Made by a program: the position numbers and the translations under genes. This document shows, piece after piece, positions 23,300 through 35,700 of a stretch of DNA of 64,000 nt. The number at the start of each line of letters is the position of its first letter. The stretch's first letter is position 1. The notes beneath the pieces are model-generated. The model searched no databases. It was not told where the DNA came from and saw nothing but the letters and a program-made list of their open reading frames with translations. Origin of the DNA: Patellaria atrata CBS 101060 (lineage: Eukaryota); assembly GCA_010093705.1 (NCBI GenBank), contig MU006106.1:1-64000 (forward strand), in the 5' to 3' direction.

Positions 23300-24330
23300 T
23301 TCAAGCACGCAACAAGCAGCATGCACTCGATCTTGTAAGACTTTATCAAAGATAATGATAGATCCGTTACCGAGAAGGCTTACAGCATTGTACCCACAAG
23401 AGAGCTTGTGAACGAAGTCTGCGAGAATCTGACACTCGAAAGTCGCGATATATTTACATCGTTAGAGGATATGAGGGGAATGGAATCGGGTTTGACGATT
23501 GAAGAGCACGGTCTATGCTTCTTGAAGCACAATCAAACACCGCGATTGTTCCAGAAGAAGACATGATGGTTCCATACGCCAAAGAAACCAATAAGTATTT
23601 TACGAGAGCATTTTGCAACAGAGGATGTGATATGCTACGATTTACGCGTTAGGATGGCCTAACACCGGCCGATACTGAACTAATCATTTCCGCCAGTGGA
23701 GATGTAATGCAGAGTTCACTGATGAAGAACGCTTTATCAACAGTGGTTCAATCCCTTCACCACCGGTCAAGATTGCCAATATCGGTAAGCAAAGTAGCAT
23801 TGCTCTCTTCCGATATCCCGAAACCATTAACTCTCACCGTTTTACATATCACATTTTGCAAGGAGGATGGTCGCGTATCTCACGCTATCTGAGTGATGAA
23901 GAGATCAAGAAGTACTTTTCTGGATAATACCGTGTCCGTATAGTCAAGTACAGTTCCCTTCAACATTGATGGCGTACTACTGTTGATAACTAGGCAGTTT
24001 TTGGATGCTTCTGAATCGACCCGTCGAAGACAACCCCATACCCTTTTGTGATCCACGGACGATTTCACTTGATGACATGATTGATGTTGATCCAGTTACC
24101 AATATATCGCTCACAGAAGTCTATTACCTAAAATATCGAGAGTCCTACTGATGGTATTGGCTTTCAAGACAAGCCCCCGATAAACTTGTGAGGAAAGTAT
24201 GCACACGGTTTATGCAAAACAGCCATCTAACTGGATATTAGGTGTCCTTGACCTCCGAATCTTCTCTATCACAATCTAAAACATAGCTGCGAGTTTCTCA
24301 GCTTGGTGAGAGTACGATAATTAGGAAATG
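23300..24330 (+). pseudogene. Degraded AsaB/CmcJ-like oxidoreductase gene
   Basis: Fragments in the expected order: EKAY...NLTLE...EDMRGMESGLTIEEHGLCFLKH (~23370-23530), VICYDLRVR (~23630-23653), NRPVEDNP..FCDPRTISLDDMIDVD (~24015-24092) and EVYYLKYRESY*WYWLSRQAPD (~24116-24181). Broken by stops and frameshifts. Confidence 0.7.
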
Positions 24331-24429
24331 ATGCGTTTACAACTGATTCGGCTTGCCTGCTTTTATCGTGACTACTAGCTGTGCGATAGAAAGAGCACAT
24401 TGGATTATCGATAGAAGGATCGATAACAG

Positions 24430-25570
24430 GCCTACGGTTATTACGGCCCGGAAAGTGTAGAAGTTGAATGGATTACGCCTGTTGCTCCAAAAATCTTAGA
24501 GCGTAGTAGAACTTGATCGCATGTTGTATATCTGCAGGCGCAAAAACCTATCTCCCAGCAATGGAAAATCATCTATAAGTCCATAGACAGACCGAGTTGT
24601 GAGAGAACAGATCAAGTTCTCGTCTTCCAGCCTCAGGTTTTTCTTGCCACACAGCACCTCCAGGTATGGGTCGTATATGCCATCAATGGTTGCAGAGTGC
24701 TGCTCCTGCGCTTGGAATAACTTTCATGATTTCCTGTCTTGCGCAAGGATAGACTGATATGAGAGCAACATCTCATCCAAAAGCGCAGTCGTTCATTGAG
24801 TGCTAGTCTCTCTCTCGGTTTTAGGATCTGGAGATAGACTGCGGGTTTATTAACATATGTAGACAACGCGATCACTTCAAGTGTGTGTAATAGAGCAAAG
24901 GTGCATACCTATGGAGAACAGATGTACTTAGTCCTTGCCTACTTTGCAAGATGCAGAATGATGGTAGTCGGAAGAGTATCAGGGTCTTTGCATTTGCGTC
25001 GAAATTCAAATGCTTGCTCAGAATGTCAACCAATATGATTTTAATTTTGGACAGGTGGGATAAGGAGAAATAATTCAACTGTGAAGGATATATAACATCC
25101 GCAGCACCCTCATTATGCTCAAACCTAGGGAGGATTTGTCCAAATCTACTAAGAGTAAATATACCACGCGAAGAATCATTTAAGGGGACGCAAGATGTTT
25201 TAACCAGAGGAGGAGTAGGAGAGGTAATACACAACTGTTGGCATGTCATATCATTGAAATCCTCACATGGGAGGTATAGGAGCGTCAATAACCCGATTAT
25301 AGCAAAGACAGCTTGCTTTCACGTATCCAGATCGTTACTATCTTTTGGAAACCCAATATCATTAGCGATGGCCATCACTATGTCATCGATAGCAAGAGTT
25401 TGCGCGTTCTGGTGCTTCCTAATGACCGAAGCGACCGCAGCAAGAGATAGATACCTAGATTCTTGTGCTGCTTGTCCAAGACGGGATAGCGAATTTCCAT
25501 AGTTCGAGTGAAACCCCATTTTACTCTGAGCTTGTAATGATGCCGTACAAATTTGTTGTATGTTGTTCAC
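24430..25570 (-). pseudogene. Degraded member of a widespread uncharacterised Pezizomycotina protein family
   Basis: SQLNYFSLSHLSKIKIILVDILSKHLNFDANAKTLILFRLPSFC and DDFPLLGDRFLRLQ...L*DFWSNRRNPFNFYTF. Frames are discontinuous. Confidence 0.6.
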
Positions 25571-27439
25571 GCTTGATCACTAGAGTTCGGTCTGTAGCCA
25601 AGTGTGCACTCGCATAACGGCGGCTGTTGTTCTTCCATGGGAGAAAAAAGAAGAATGGAAGAGCATATTAGCTTAAGATGAAGGGGATTCTATGATTCTA
25701 GTATCCAAACTTTTCAAAAGGTGGAATGTAGTAGCCCGCATCACCCCAACGCGACCACCCAGGGACCGAAGTCTACCTCGCGCCTGGTTCCGGTAAGAAT
25801 ACTGTACAGGCGCCTTATGGGGAAAATTTTTGGTACGACTGGCCGTTCGTTTGTTTCTTGCGGAACTGTCGGGCCCTATGCACAATTTGTTGAAAGTCCG
25901 AGCGTAGCATCCTGTGAGGCTGCGAAAGCTTTCTCTCTCTTTCTATTGGGACTCTTGGAAAGTTTCAGACTCGCAGCCTCATCTTGCAACTCCGCTCAGA
26001 ACGGAAGTCAAAGAGTTCACAGCGTCGCGGATTAACTTGGAATTGGAGTATGAATGCCAGCCTATTCGAACGGCAAAGTAGACTGACACAGTGCCATGTT
26101 TGCCTATTTGACGATGATAAGCGCTCTGAAGTGCGTAAAACTAGTAAAGAAGTAATTATAATATGTAGTACCGATAAGGTAGAACTAGTTCTATGCAAAA
26201 ACTGAAGTTATTAACGCCTAGATATATTATAAATACGGGACCTTAACACCGTCGCGTTTTCATATCTATGCATCTGAAAAGGGATTATTACTGGAGTCAG
26301 AAAGGAGGGTAGTTCAGCGAGAGTTACCGTAATATCTGACTATATTTGCTCATCCAACGATACCAAATAGTTGTATTCAATCTACTTCCCACAATGTACA
26401 CGAGAAAGTTACATATTGTGTCTGTTTCGACTAGACATATGACAAGATATCCTGCTGACTGTATACTTTCAAATTCATCTCTTATGCAGTAGGAGTCTCG
26501 AAGGAAACAGTGCGCAATCCTTTTCGTTATGTTAGGATTGAAAATATTTCGACAAACAAGAGAAGTGGTACCACGGGATAGTAGTCTATACTTACTAATT
26601 CTCAAGGATTTACAGTAGTCGACAAACAAGTAGGTTAAACAGGGGAATTTCAAATCACAGATGTCCGCGGTCCACGTTTGATCTATCCCGGTGAAAAATG
26701 AACCTACTAAAGGCCAATACCGCTTGAAGAGTAAAGTTGAGTAATGATAGGTAGGATGGAAAACTTCGATTTGAGGAACTATAGAATCACTTTATCATAG
26801 ATGTTGGGTCATCTAAGATGGGGGTGGATCATATATTTTCAGGTTGTGACAAAAGGCGGGAGACTGGCCGAACAAACGACCGAGTATTGGTCAAGGTGAT
26901 AGCATGTGGATTCTTATTCCTGTTAGAAGAAAGTCAGGATAGTATCACGACAACACTCAATGCTCACGACGAGTCCCTCAGTATTTGATATGTGGTGAGT
27001 GTGAAAATGAACAAGTCTGAAGTTCCAAATCGTTCATTTTTTTTTACATTTGCCCAGCTTGCTTCATACATCCACAAAATATTTCAACATTGTTGTCAAG
27101 AAAATAGAGAATAATAATCTAAAGGACTATCCTTGCTATACTTACGATGGCTTTATTACTTGGAGCGTGAGAAGAACTCACTGTTCACCCCATTGTGTCC
27201 GTTGCGCATGTGACTATCATGTGGACGAAAACAACAGCGTTCGATTCTGAATGACGTTTGAATTCAGATAACCAGTGACTGTCCATCAGATTCACTATCA
27301 GAGCTCAAAGAGGTCTGCTGACCGCAGACGATTTCCTGGAAACCTCAACCACAAACTCTCCCTTAACGTTTAATCCGTATGGCCCGGATCACTGCGTAAC
27401 TGTAATCGAACAACACACTGATACCTATCTGAAATATCA

Positions 27440-29260
27440 ATGGTGCCTCGCAGCGGATCATCAAAGCTAAAGCTCACTATAGCAAATTCCCCACGAGAAG
27501 TAGTAGGATGGAGCGGGTTCGTTCCTAGAGCATCAGCAATCCACGCGGCGGATCAGAAGAATGATAAGAAGCGCGGTCAGGCATTTTCATTGATTACCTT
27601 GGCAGACAAGCATACTGACAAACTCCCAGGTACGCCAAAGCAAAGCCGAAGGCGGAATATCCCATCTGCTCGTCTAGAATCCACTCCTTCACGCTCAGGA
27701 CGTGCAACGCGGTTCCACGGAACTTACTCTGAGGATATAGGTAACGACGAGTCACCGGGTAACAAGCTCTCCGGCCATTCGGAGGAGGACTTTGAAGACT
27801 TTAAAACGAGTGAAGAGGAAACGGACGATGACTTGGATGAGTCAGATGTTCCGGTTTCTCAATCCTTTACGGCCGGGACTGCGGTCGGGAAAACCGGGGA
27901 GGTATATAGGGATAGCTCACCCTCGTCTCCGTCAACTCCAGTACCGGAGCTGCCATCTCCGAATGCACAAATCACCCCCGAGATCCTCGCAATGGTGATC
28001 GTGATTAACAATCCTCCGCCCGAGGCATACCAAAATCGCGATCATAGTAAACTAAAAGCCTATTTCTTCCGCGAAAAGTTCCCGGATCACTTTCGTTCTC
28101 GAGACTCCCGCGTCTTGAAGAGTTCGCCCCTCTGGATAATCGGGAGAGAACGATTAGGTATCGAAGAAGCTCACTGGAATTGGATAACGGGGAACAAGAA
28201 CGGGCCGAACCACTTCGGAACCTATCTCGGCAAGGACGTCGGTGGTAAGACAGTTGTAGCACTTACGCAGGCTAATGACCACGGAGGTGGCAATAAGCTT
28301 GCCATAGCACAAACGCAGACACAAAACGACGATCACAGAAATGTCGCTGCAAAGAAAGAAAAGAAGCAATCTCTGATGGTTGTGCTGAAGATGAAGCGGA
28401 AGGAATTTGTTTCACAGATGCCTGAGAATCCCGACTCGGGTCCTGGCCAGGTGAATACTGATCGTACTCCTATATCTGCGCAGGTTTTACGAGATCCTCT
28501 TCTCAACACACTTCTCCAAGCGAGTGCGCCTTTGGCGCAGAGATTGAACGGTCTTCAGACGCCTGAGTTGCTTGTCTGCACAAACATCTTCATCAAGAGC
28601 CATCATTCTAACGTATTTGTATGCGAGAGCGAGCACCACGACCCAAGTGACAAGTATGGCATCTGCTTTTCGTGCCGCATTCTCGAACTTAGCCGACTGG
28701 ACGAAGATTTGCGCAGCACATGGATGAACGGTGCTCTAATGCCCGTTTGCCACGGGTGTGCTCAACGAGTCATTACTTCTCAACGTCAGAGGTTCGACAG
28801 GACAGGTTACAACGGTTGTCTATGCGATATGACATGGTCGTGCCCTAGCTGTAGGGTACATGAGCTAAGGACCATGGCCGTTGCGAAGTCTAATGCGAGA
28901 AAGAGTCGTTCATTTACCACCCATACCTTAACAGCGGAAGGTTACCAGAACAGAGAGCATCTCTATTGCTCCTGTACCAAACTTCCGAATACAGTTGCGC
29001 CAGGAGTTGGGAATGAGAACGGAGAGGTGATGCAATGTGCCCGTTGTGAGGGATTTGTCATATGGCCTGACAAGGAGGGATGGCGTAAGGGGACGTATGT
29101 ACAGAGATTTTTAGCCGCGGACAACGGCGAATGGGATGAAGATGGCGGGTTTGCTGAGGATAGTGGACTTCCAGCCAGGAAGACCTGGAATGGAGGCCGG
29201 TCGGGCTATCTCTTCGGTCTTACACCTCAGCATTTTATGTCTCCACGTCTGCAAGGCTGA
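27440..29260 (+). CDS. Hypothetical protein: disordered acidic/Ser-Pro N-terminus and Cys-rich, putatively Zn-binding C-terminus
   Basis: 606-aa ORF. CFSC, CHGC, CLC, CPSC, CSC and CARC motifs in the last third. Possible in-frame 54-nt intron at 27576-27629. Confidence 0.7.
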   Translation: MVPRSGSSKLKLTIANSPREVVGWSGFVPRASAIHAADQKNDKKRGQAFSLITLADKHTDKLPGTPKQSRRRNIPSARLESTPSRSGRATRFHGTYSEDIGNDESPGNKLSGHSEEDFEDFKTSEEETDDDLDESDVPVSQSFTAGTAVGKTGEVYRDSSPSSPSTPVPELPSPNAQITPEILAMVIVINNPPPEAYQNRDHSKLKAYFFREKFPDHFRSRDSRVLKSSPLWIIGRERLGIEEAHWNWITGNKNGPNHFGTYLGKDVGGKTVVALTQANDHGGGNKLAIAQTQTQNDDHRNVAAKKEKKQSLMVVLKMKRKEFVSQMPENPDSGPGQVNTDRTPISAQVLRDPLLNTLLQASAPLAQRLNGLQTPELLVCTNIFIKSHHSNVFVCESEHHDPSDKYGICFSCRILELSRLDEDLRSTWMNGALMPVCHGCAQRVITSQRQRFDRTGYNGCLCDMTWSCPSCRVHELRTMAVAKSNARKSRSFTTHTLTAEGYQNREHLYCSCTKLPNTVAPGVGNENGEVMQCARCEGFVIWPDKEGWRKGTYVQRFLAADNGEWDEDGGFAEDSGLPARKTWNGGRSGYLFGLTPQHFMSPRLQG

Positions 29261-29462
29261 TGCTAGTCGCTGAATTCGAGGCCAAGCTTCTAGAGTTCGG
29301 TCGCCATGGATATCAAGAGATTAAGATCTATGGGAAGTCAGCCGGTCTCATTGTTGATTAATGTAGAAGCATATGGATCAGAGAAAAGTACAAATTCCCA
29401 GATAGTTGATAATCAGGAATCACTCGACTTTATAAATAAGATTAGCATTATGAAATCACTTT

Positions 29463-31757
29463 CTACCTCCTTCTATCACCTCTTCGCCTTCCGCCCGCTC
29501 CACCAATCCTTCCGAATACTCCATTCATTGCGAAACCGCCCTTCACCATCGGTTTTGCAGGTGGTGGTTCGTTTAACCTGGCCCATAACTCCCCGATCCC
29601 GACTCTCTTAGCTGGTAACATACTATACTGAAGGCTATACAAGTTCTTGCGGTGAATTGGGGGTACAAACCGACCCGTGACAAAACAAAGAAAAACTCCA
29701 AGCGAGATATAGTGTTTTTTGATTCGATTACCTAGTTGGAAATATTCATTGAAAGTCGCCTGGAGTGGAAGTGGGATGGACTGCAAATCCAATCAGATAC
29801 GCGTATACTTAATGAGATGTCTAGGAAATCGAACCTTGAGTTTAATGTATGATGTAGGCATTGAATCATTCAATTGCGGCTGTGTAGTATATTGATAATC
29901 ATCGAGTTCGAATCTAATGCCACCTAGGTCCAACATAAGTCAACTGTGGAAACAACACAAGGGTTGAAAGGTGCAAACCTGGTAAACGCCGAGAATCTTT
30001 GATGCGCAGCATCAGTGCAAAAAGTGGAAAGTGATTTAGAAAAGCAAGCAGGGTATCAAGAATAGCTTTGATGGAGATAATAGCCATTCGTGCTGATGCA
30101 AACGTTAAATAGAAAACAAAAACAGTAGGTAGCAGAAAAAAGAGTAAAGTGAATAGGATCGTGCCCAAAAGAAGTTGATCTAAGTCGTAATCACAGGAGT
30201 CGATACGGTTGCGTAGGACGTTTCTCTTCTTACCACGGAAGAGGTGGAAGAGGGAGATGATAATCGTAAGCTGCCAATTGAAAATCCGGGCCGACGCAAC
30301 GTAGAAGGAATAAATGTGTAATGTCAGGATAGATATCAGATCCGAGAAGAGTGAGATAGGCATACTAGCACCAGCAAAGCTAGAGAACCCGATGAAATGT
30401 ACTATTCCGGGTAGGAAAGGCCGTAGAGTGGAAAGACATCCTGCCCAGTAATCAATTACCCAGAGGAAAAGGTCGCCTAGGAACAATGCTAGCTCAGTGT
30501 TCAGCTTCAGTCCAGCAGGCCAGTCCATTAGCCACGATATCATCCGTTGTAAGCCATCTATTGACCAATCTGTCAGGAGCTTGTCGGCTTGGATAGCGAG
30601 AAAATTTGCATTCTCAATGATATATGAGCCAACTGCTATGCCTATGATAACATCATTCGCTACCAACCATAGGCTGTTGAAAAAGCGTATGTATTCAGGA
30701 TGATTGTTGGTAACGCTTTCCCAATCGTTCTTTCGCTGGCGTAAAGTCATATATTGAATGGGCCAATAGCAGAATTGTTGCAGGCGTATATCAACCTGCT
30801 GTGCGGTCGCAGAAATATCCTTGAGAGCAGCAGAATCGGGCAGCAAGCGCCAGTCCAATACCTGTAGCAGGACCTCACCAGCAACACGGTGAGCTATTAA
30901 GCCGAAAACTAAGAGTCTAGACATGACAGGGAAGATCCAGAGTATAGAAATATGCCAGAGAGCGAGCAGGATATAATCCCAAAGATTGCTAGCAGACTTG
31001 ACAACACGCTCGCTGACACTCAACGTCCTCTTCATCCGTGTACCGACAAGGCCTATGTTTTTCTGCATTAGGGCCTCAAGTTCGAAGGAGCAGTTGATCT
31101 GATCAATGATAATTGGGAGGCATGATTCTTTCTGGGTCGCAGGGTGTTTTATAACAGTATGAAGACGAAGCTTTTCGACGAGTTCTCGTTTTCTGTTGCG
31201 TTCCTGTTCCTCCTCAGCATCGATCCCGTCAAGAGGTGGAATACCCCTTCCCGCTTTATCGGGTTTATCTCCTAGTGCAAGCGAAATAGGCACCAATGAC
31301 AAGTATTGCATACGGGTAGGATGGGGTCGGTCGAAAAGAATAATCTGTATACTGCTGATAAGGCCAGTCAAGCAGTATATGCGTGGAAAGCGAGATGACG
31401 GATCGGAATATACAGCGACAGTACCAGGAGTTAATGATGGAGGGTCACCTTTCGGATTAAAAGTGCCCAGAACTTGGAGGGGTGACCTTCCGCAACGCTC
31501 GAAAATGTGTTCCGTGGGGTGGGGACTGCTGCGGTATAGAATACCCGTACGAAGGGCATTGTCAACACTCCGCGCCTAACACATTCAGTTCCGTAAAATA
31601 CCAAAGGCCGTTAGGAACCCACCTCTACATCACTGAGTACGGTGACGACTAACAAGTCGGAATCTGAATTCCGCCATCCAACAACTACTCCTGATCTGTT
31701 GTCTTTGGACGTGTCAGACGGCCAGAATACCCGCATTAAGCCATTGTGTGTGACCAT
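29463..31757 (-). CDS. GPI1: GPI-GlcNAc transferase subunit Gpi1/PIG-Q, multi-exon
   Basis: MVTHNGLMRVFWPSD start, QQVDIRLQQFCYWP, WLMDWPAGLKLNTEL, LFHLFRGKKRNVLRNRIDSCDYDLDQLLLGT. Confidence 0.95.
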
Positions 31758-32728
31758 ATCCCCATATCGGGATCCCTTAGAAGGAGCCGCGACGTTTTAA
31801 TTGCTCTCTAGCGGAGATCCCGCCACCTGCGATTCGAGGATGCTATAGAGCGGATTTATCAGGTCTCTTGGATAAAGCTACGCGAACATGTGTAAACTCA
31901 CCAGTTCTGCTTCTCGCGCAGCGATACGTTCGATAGGTAGGATGAACAAGAAGAAAAAAACCGAAAGAATTGCAAACCCTTTCGCTGCCCTTGTCTGAAA
32001 AAAGACCATCAGTATGTAGTATTTTAAAATGTAACAATAGCTCCATCACATACGACGACTCCGTGATCCCACGCGAAGATGGCAAGCTCATACAAGCGGG
32101 TAACAAGATCCCAGCGCGCAGTGATGTATCCAGCTATGAATATACCAAGTGTAAGGACTGAGAATGGATGTACCATTGACTAACCGTCGACGTGCGACGA
32201 GCTCTGCTGTAGATATTGAATTTCTCAAATGACCGTGGAAAAGGGAACAGTGTCGTTGGAACGATGTTTTTGGGGCTTGTCGTCTTTCATGTAGCGTTCC
32301 GGAGATATCAGCATTCTAGAGAGGTCAGTCTGAGCTGTCAGGAGGATTTGTAGAAACAGATTCCGCATATACACAGCGCTACCTACATAATTATCGCGTC
32401 CTGAGGTGGTAGTAGTCTGCTTCATGGAGATGGAAGGAGCTTGAAGCCGAAGTAATCCCGCCTGACCTCACAATGAATAGTCCAAGGGTCTAGGAGAAAG
32501 GGGGAGAAAGGGAGATGCAGTACATGTTGGAAGCCAGAGACATTTGAAATATTATCATTCTGCTATGCTAATGCAGAGACTGTTAATTCTTGCTCAGTTT
32601 GGAAATTCACAAGCATACACAATACGACTTATTGTCCCCTGATGAGTGACAAACCATACTATACATTTCGTCTCTCTATCCGATCTTCCCTCCGCTGGAA
32701 TAGCCCATCTTACGCACACGCCGGTCTT

Positions 32729-35700
32729 CTATTTCATTTCCACATCCCTAGCTCCTCTCTCCAATACAACAGCCTTCAGGCTCTCACCGAATCTCTTCCT
32801 CCTCGCCTTGGCTTCCCTAAACTTCTTGACCTCTTCCTCTGACGGTCTGAATACCGCTTTGCAGAGCAATGAGCTAGCAACCATGCTACTTCCAAGTAGC
32901 CTACTTTGCGCGGGGCTTGCATCAGGCGTATAAACTAATCCATAGCCCTGACTGTGACCGAATCCTCGTCGACTAAGTGGTGGAGTAGCAAATGGACTTG
33001 CTTCCCTACTCGCACGGCTACCCAGCAGCGAACTCCGCATGAGGCTACCACTCAGACTATTTGGACCTGGGGTCGTAGAAGCCATCCTTAATTTCCGCAT
33101 TTGTGTCTCCAAGACGTCAATATCACCGCTCTTCTCCTCAACCATCCTGGTCATCTTCAGAATTGTGTTCGTGACTGCTTCAACCGTGGGCTGCTGCTGT
33201 CCTCTCCCGCCATTATTTGTACCACATTGTCCAGCGGCAAACTTAACCTTTAGCACGCTAATATCTTCTTCAACTTGCGCGAGGAGCTTCATGTGGTCCG
33301 CATATTTCTGTCGTAAATCTGCTTGCTGGGCACTCTGATCAGCGGACAATGGAGCCGCCTTGATCAGTGCCAACCTGTGTTCATCTGTGTGCGCTGATAT
33401 AACGTTACGATCAGCACTGAAGCGCTGGCGGAGGTTGCGAACTGCCTTGAAGAGCTTGCGGAGAGCGTCTAACTTTTCTTTGACGTTTTTGACGCGACCA
33501 ACTTCCAGTTCAGTTCCTAGCTCCTCCTTAAGTATATTACCGAGTGCCTCAACCTCTTCAAGAGCCCAACCGTCCTCGTACTCGAGGTCATCCTTGGTGC
33601 GCTCGATGTTTCGGGTTTCCTCAGTGTGGCCGAGAACAAAAGCGTCAAGAGTGCGCGCATTCAGCCCCAGGGTATCAATCATGCTCTGGATGTCCCGGTA
33701 TACGCGTTCGATCTGCAATGTGACCTTCGTGCTTTTTGGTATCGGATTGACATAGTCCTGATACGAGAGAAACGAATCCAGTTTCTTTGTGCCGATAACT
33801 GGCTCCTGCAGCTCTTCCCTATTCCTCTTGGCTGTATCATCAGCTTCAAAGCTAGGCTCTTCCTCGATTGGGGGCGGGGTAGGTGGCACAACCGATTTAG
33901 ACGTTGGACGTGAAACAGGCTTCGCCGGGGGGACTGATATCGGACGACCAGGAATCGGGGTAGAAGTGGACCGCACGGGACTGGGTGAACGAGGGCTCTC
34001 GGGGATGGCAGGCTGTGGTGGAGGGAATTGGCCACCCTTCGGGAAGCCGGCAGGGGTATGGGATATTGCTTGCTGTGGAGGTTGGGCTAGGCGGATTGGT
34101 GAGCGGGAGGTACTACGAGCCTTAGGAGTGCGCATTGGTCGGTGAGGTACTGAAGACACCGTGTCAAATGACCAGCTTGGGTGTTGTTGATGCTGAAGAC
34201 CAAAAGAAGGTTTTTGACTAGCATCAGTAGCCCTTGGCTTAGCGGGTGTAATGGTAGAAGCGAAATCGGGGGAAAGAGGGGAATCTTCAGTTTGTACTTT
34301 TCCCGGAGTGGAGATAAAGTCAGGAGGAAGAGGAGCATCATCGGGGGGTCCTTGAGCTGCGTCACTTCGTGATGAAGAGAGAGGAGATGAAGGCGCCTGC
34401 ACAGAAATCGGAGGGCTTCCCGCAAGAGGAGGAGCCTCATCATCCGTCGCTGAAGGCTTAGACACCTTCGGCGATGGTGGGAGAGGAGCGGGTTCCGGCT
34501 CGAGTGGAGGAGTCTCAGCTCTGTCAATATGAGCGGGCATTGGGTTCGGCGTCTCTTCCCTATGTACCGTAGGAAGAAATGGTTCAGGCTTCCTGACATC
34601 TACGAAACCTCCATTGACTGGGGCCACTCCCGGTCCCCCTACAGGAGTCTTAGGCGTTGTGGATATATCTTGAAACCTTGGCTCGTCCGTTATCTCCTGC
34701 TCCTTTTTGATAGGACTAGCGGTCGGTGTAGTAGAAGCTACCTCTCCAAGCGCATTTCCAAATGAATTTCCAAACATTGACTTTCCGGTTGTACTGGGTT
34801 TCGGTAGATCATCTTTAGCAGTGCCATCACCCTTGAATGTAGAGCCAAGTTTGAATCCGCTCGGAGGAGCTCCAAACAAGGTAGCAGGTTTCTCTTTAGG
34901 TGTTGCAGAAGCTTCCCTTTCCGGCTTTTCCTCTATGTCATTCATATCTGACTCTTGCGCTTGAGGTAGATTTTGTATTGGTTTTCCGAAAACGGATGTT
35001 GATTGTTGCGCGGGCGCATTACCAAATGATGGAGTGGGCGTAGAGTTAAACAGAGAATTACTACTTGCTAAAGTTGATCCTCCTGTAGTAGATCCGAAGC
35101 TTGTTTCCTTACTAAGGGTACCGAAACTTGAACCTGAGGGCGTTGTAGCAAATGCAGGTTGTCCCGGCTTCGTCTGTGAACCTAGACTTGCAAAACCGGA
35201 TGTTCCTGAGCCATTGCTAAAGGAAGCGAATGGAGAACCCAGTCCCGAACTACTGTTCGCCCCAACGCTCGCGAAGGATGAAGTAGTTGTACCACCCCCA
35301 AAAACACTTGTAGCCTTACTGGCTGTAGGAGGCATTTGTTGAGCTGTTGGTGCACCCCAAATCGATGGTTTACTCCCAATCATACTTGTGCCGCCGAAAG
35401 TGGTATTTCCTGAACTGGCCGCTAGAGGAGTTGACTGTCCAAACTTTAAACCGCCTCCTAACGGGCTTGCGCTACCAAACGATGGCTTTCCAAAGGTAGC
35501 ACCGCCAGTTTGAGGAGCAGTATTGTTAGCCGGTGAGCCCCCCCATGAAAAGCGATTGCCTCCACCCAAAGCGCTCGCAGATCCAAATGCTGAGAAACTA
35601 CCAGGCCGCGTAGGAGAGCCGAATGCAGGCGTAGTGGGTTTGGGGATGTTCCCAGACTGCGACCCTGCTAGACTAGGAGCACCGAAAGAAGGTGTTGCGT

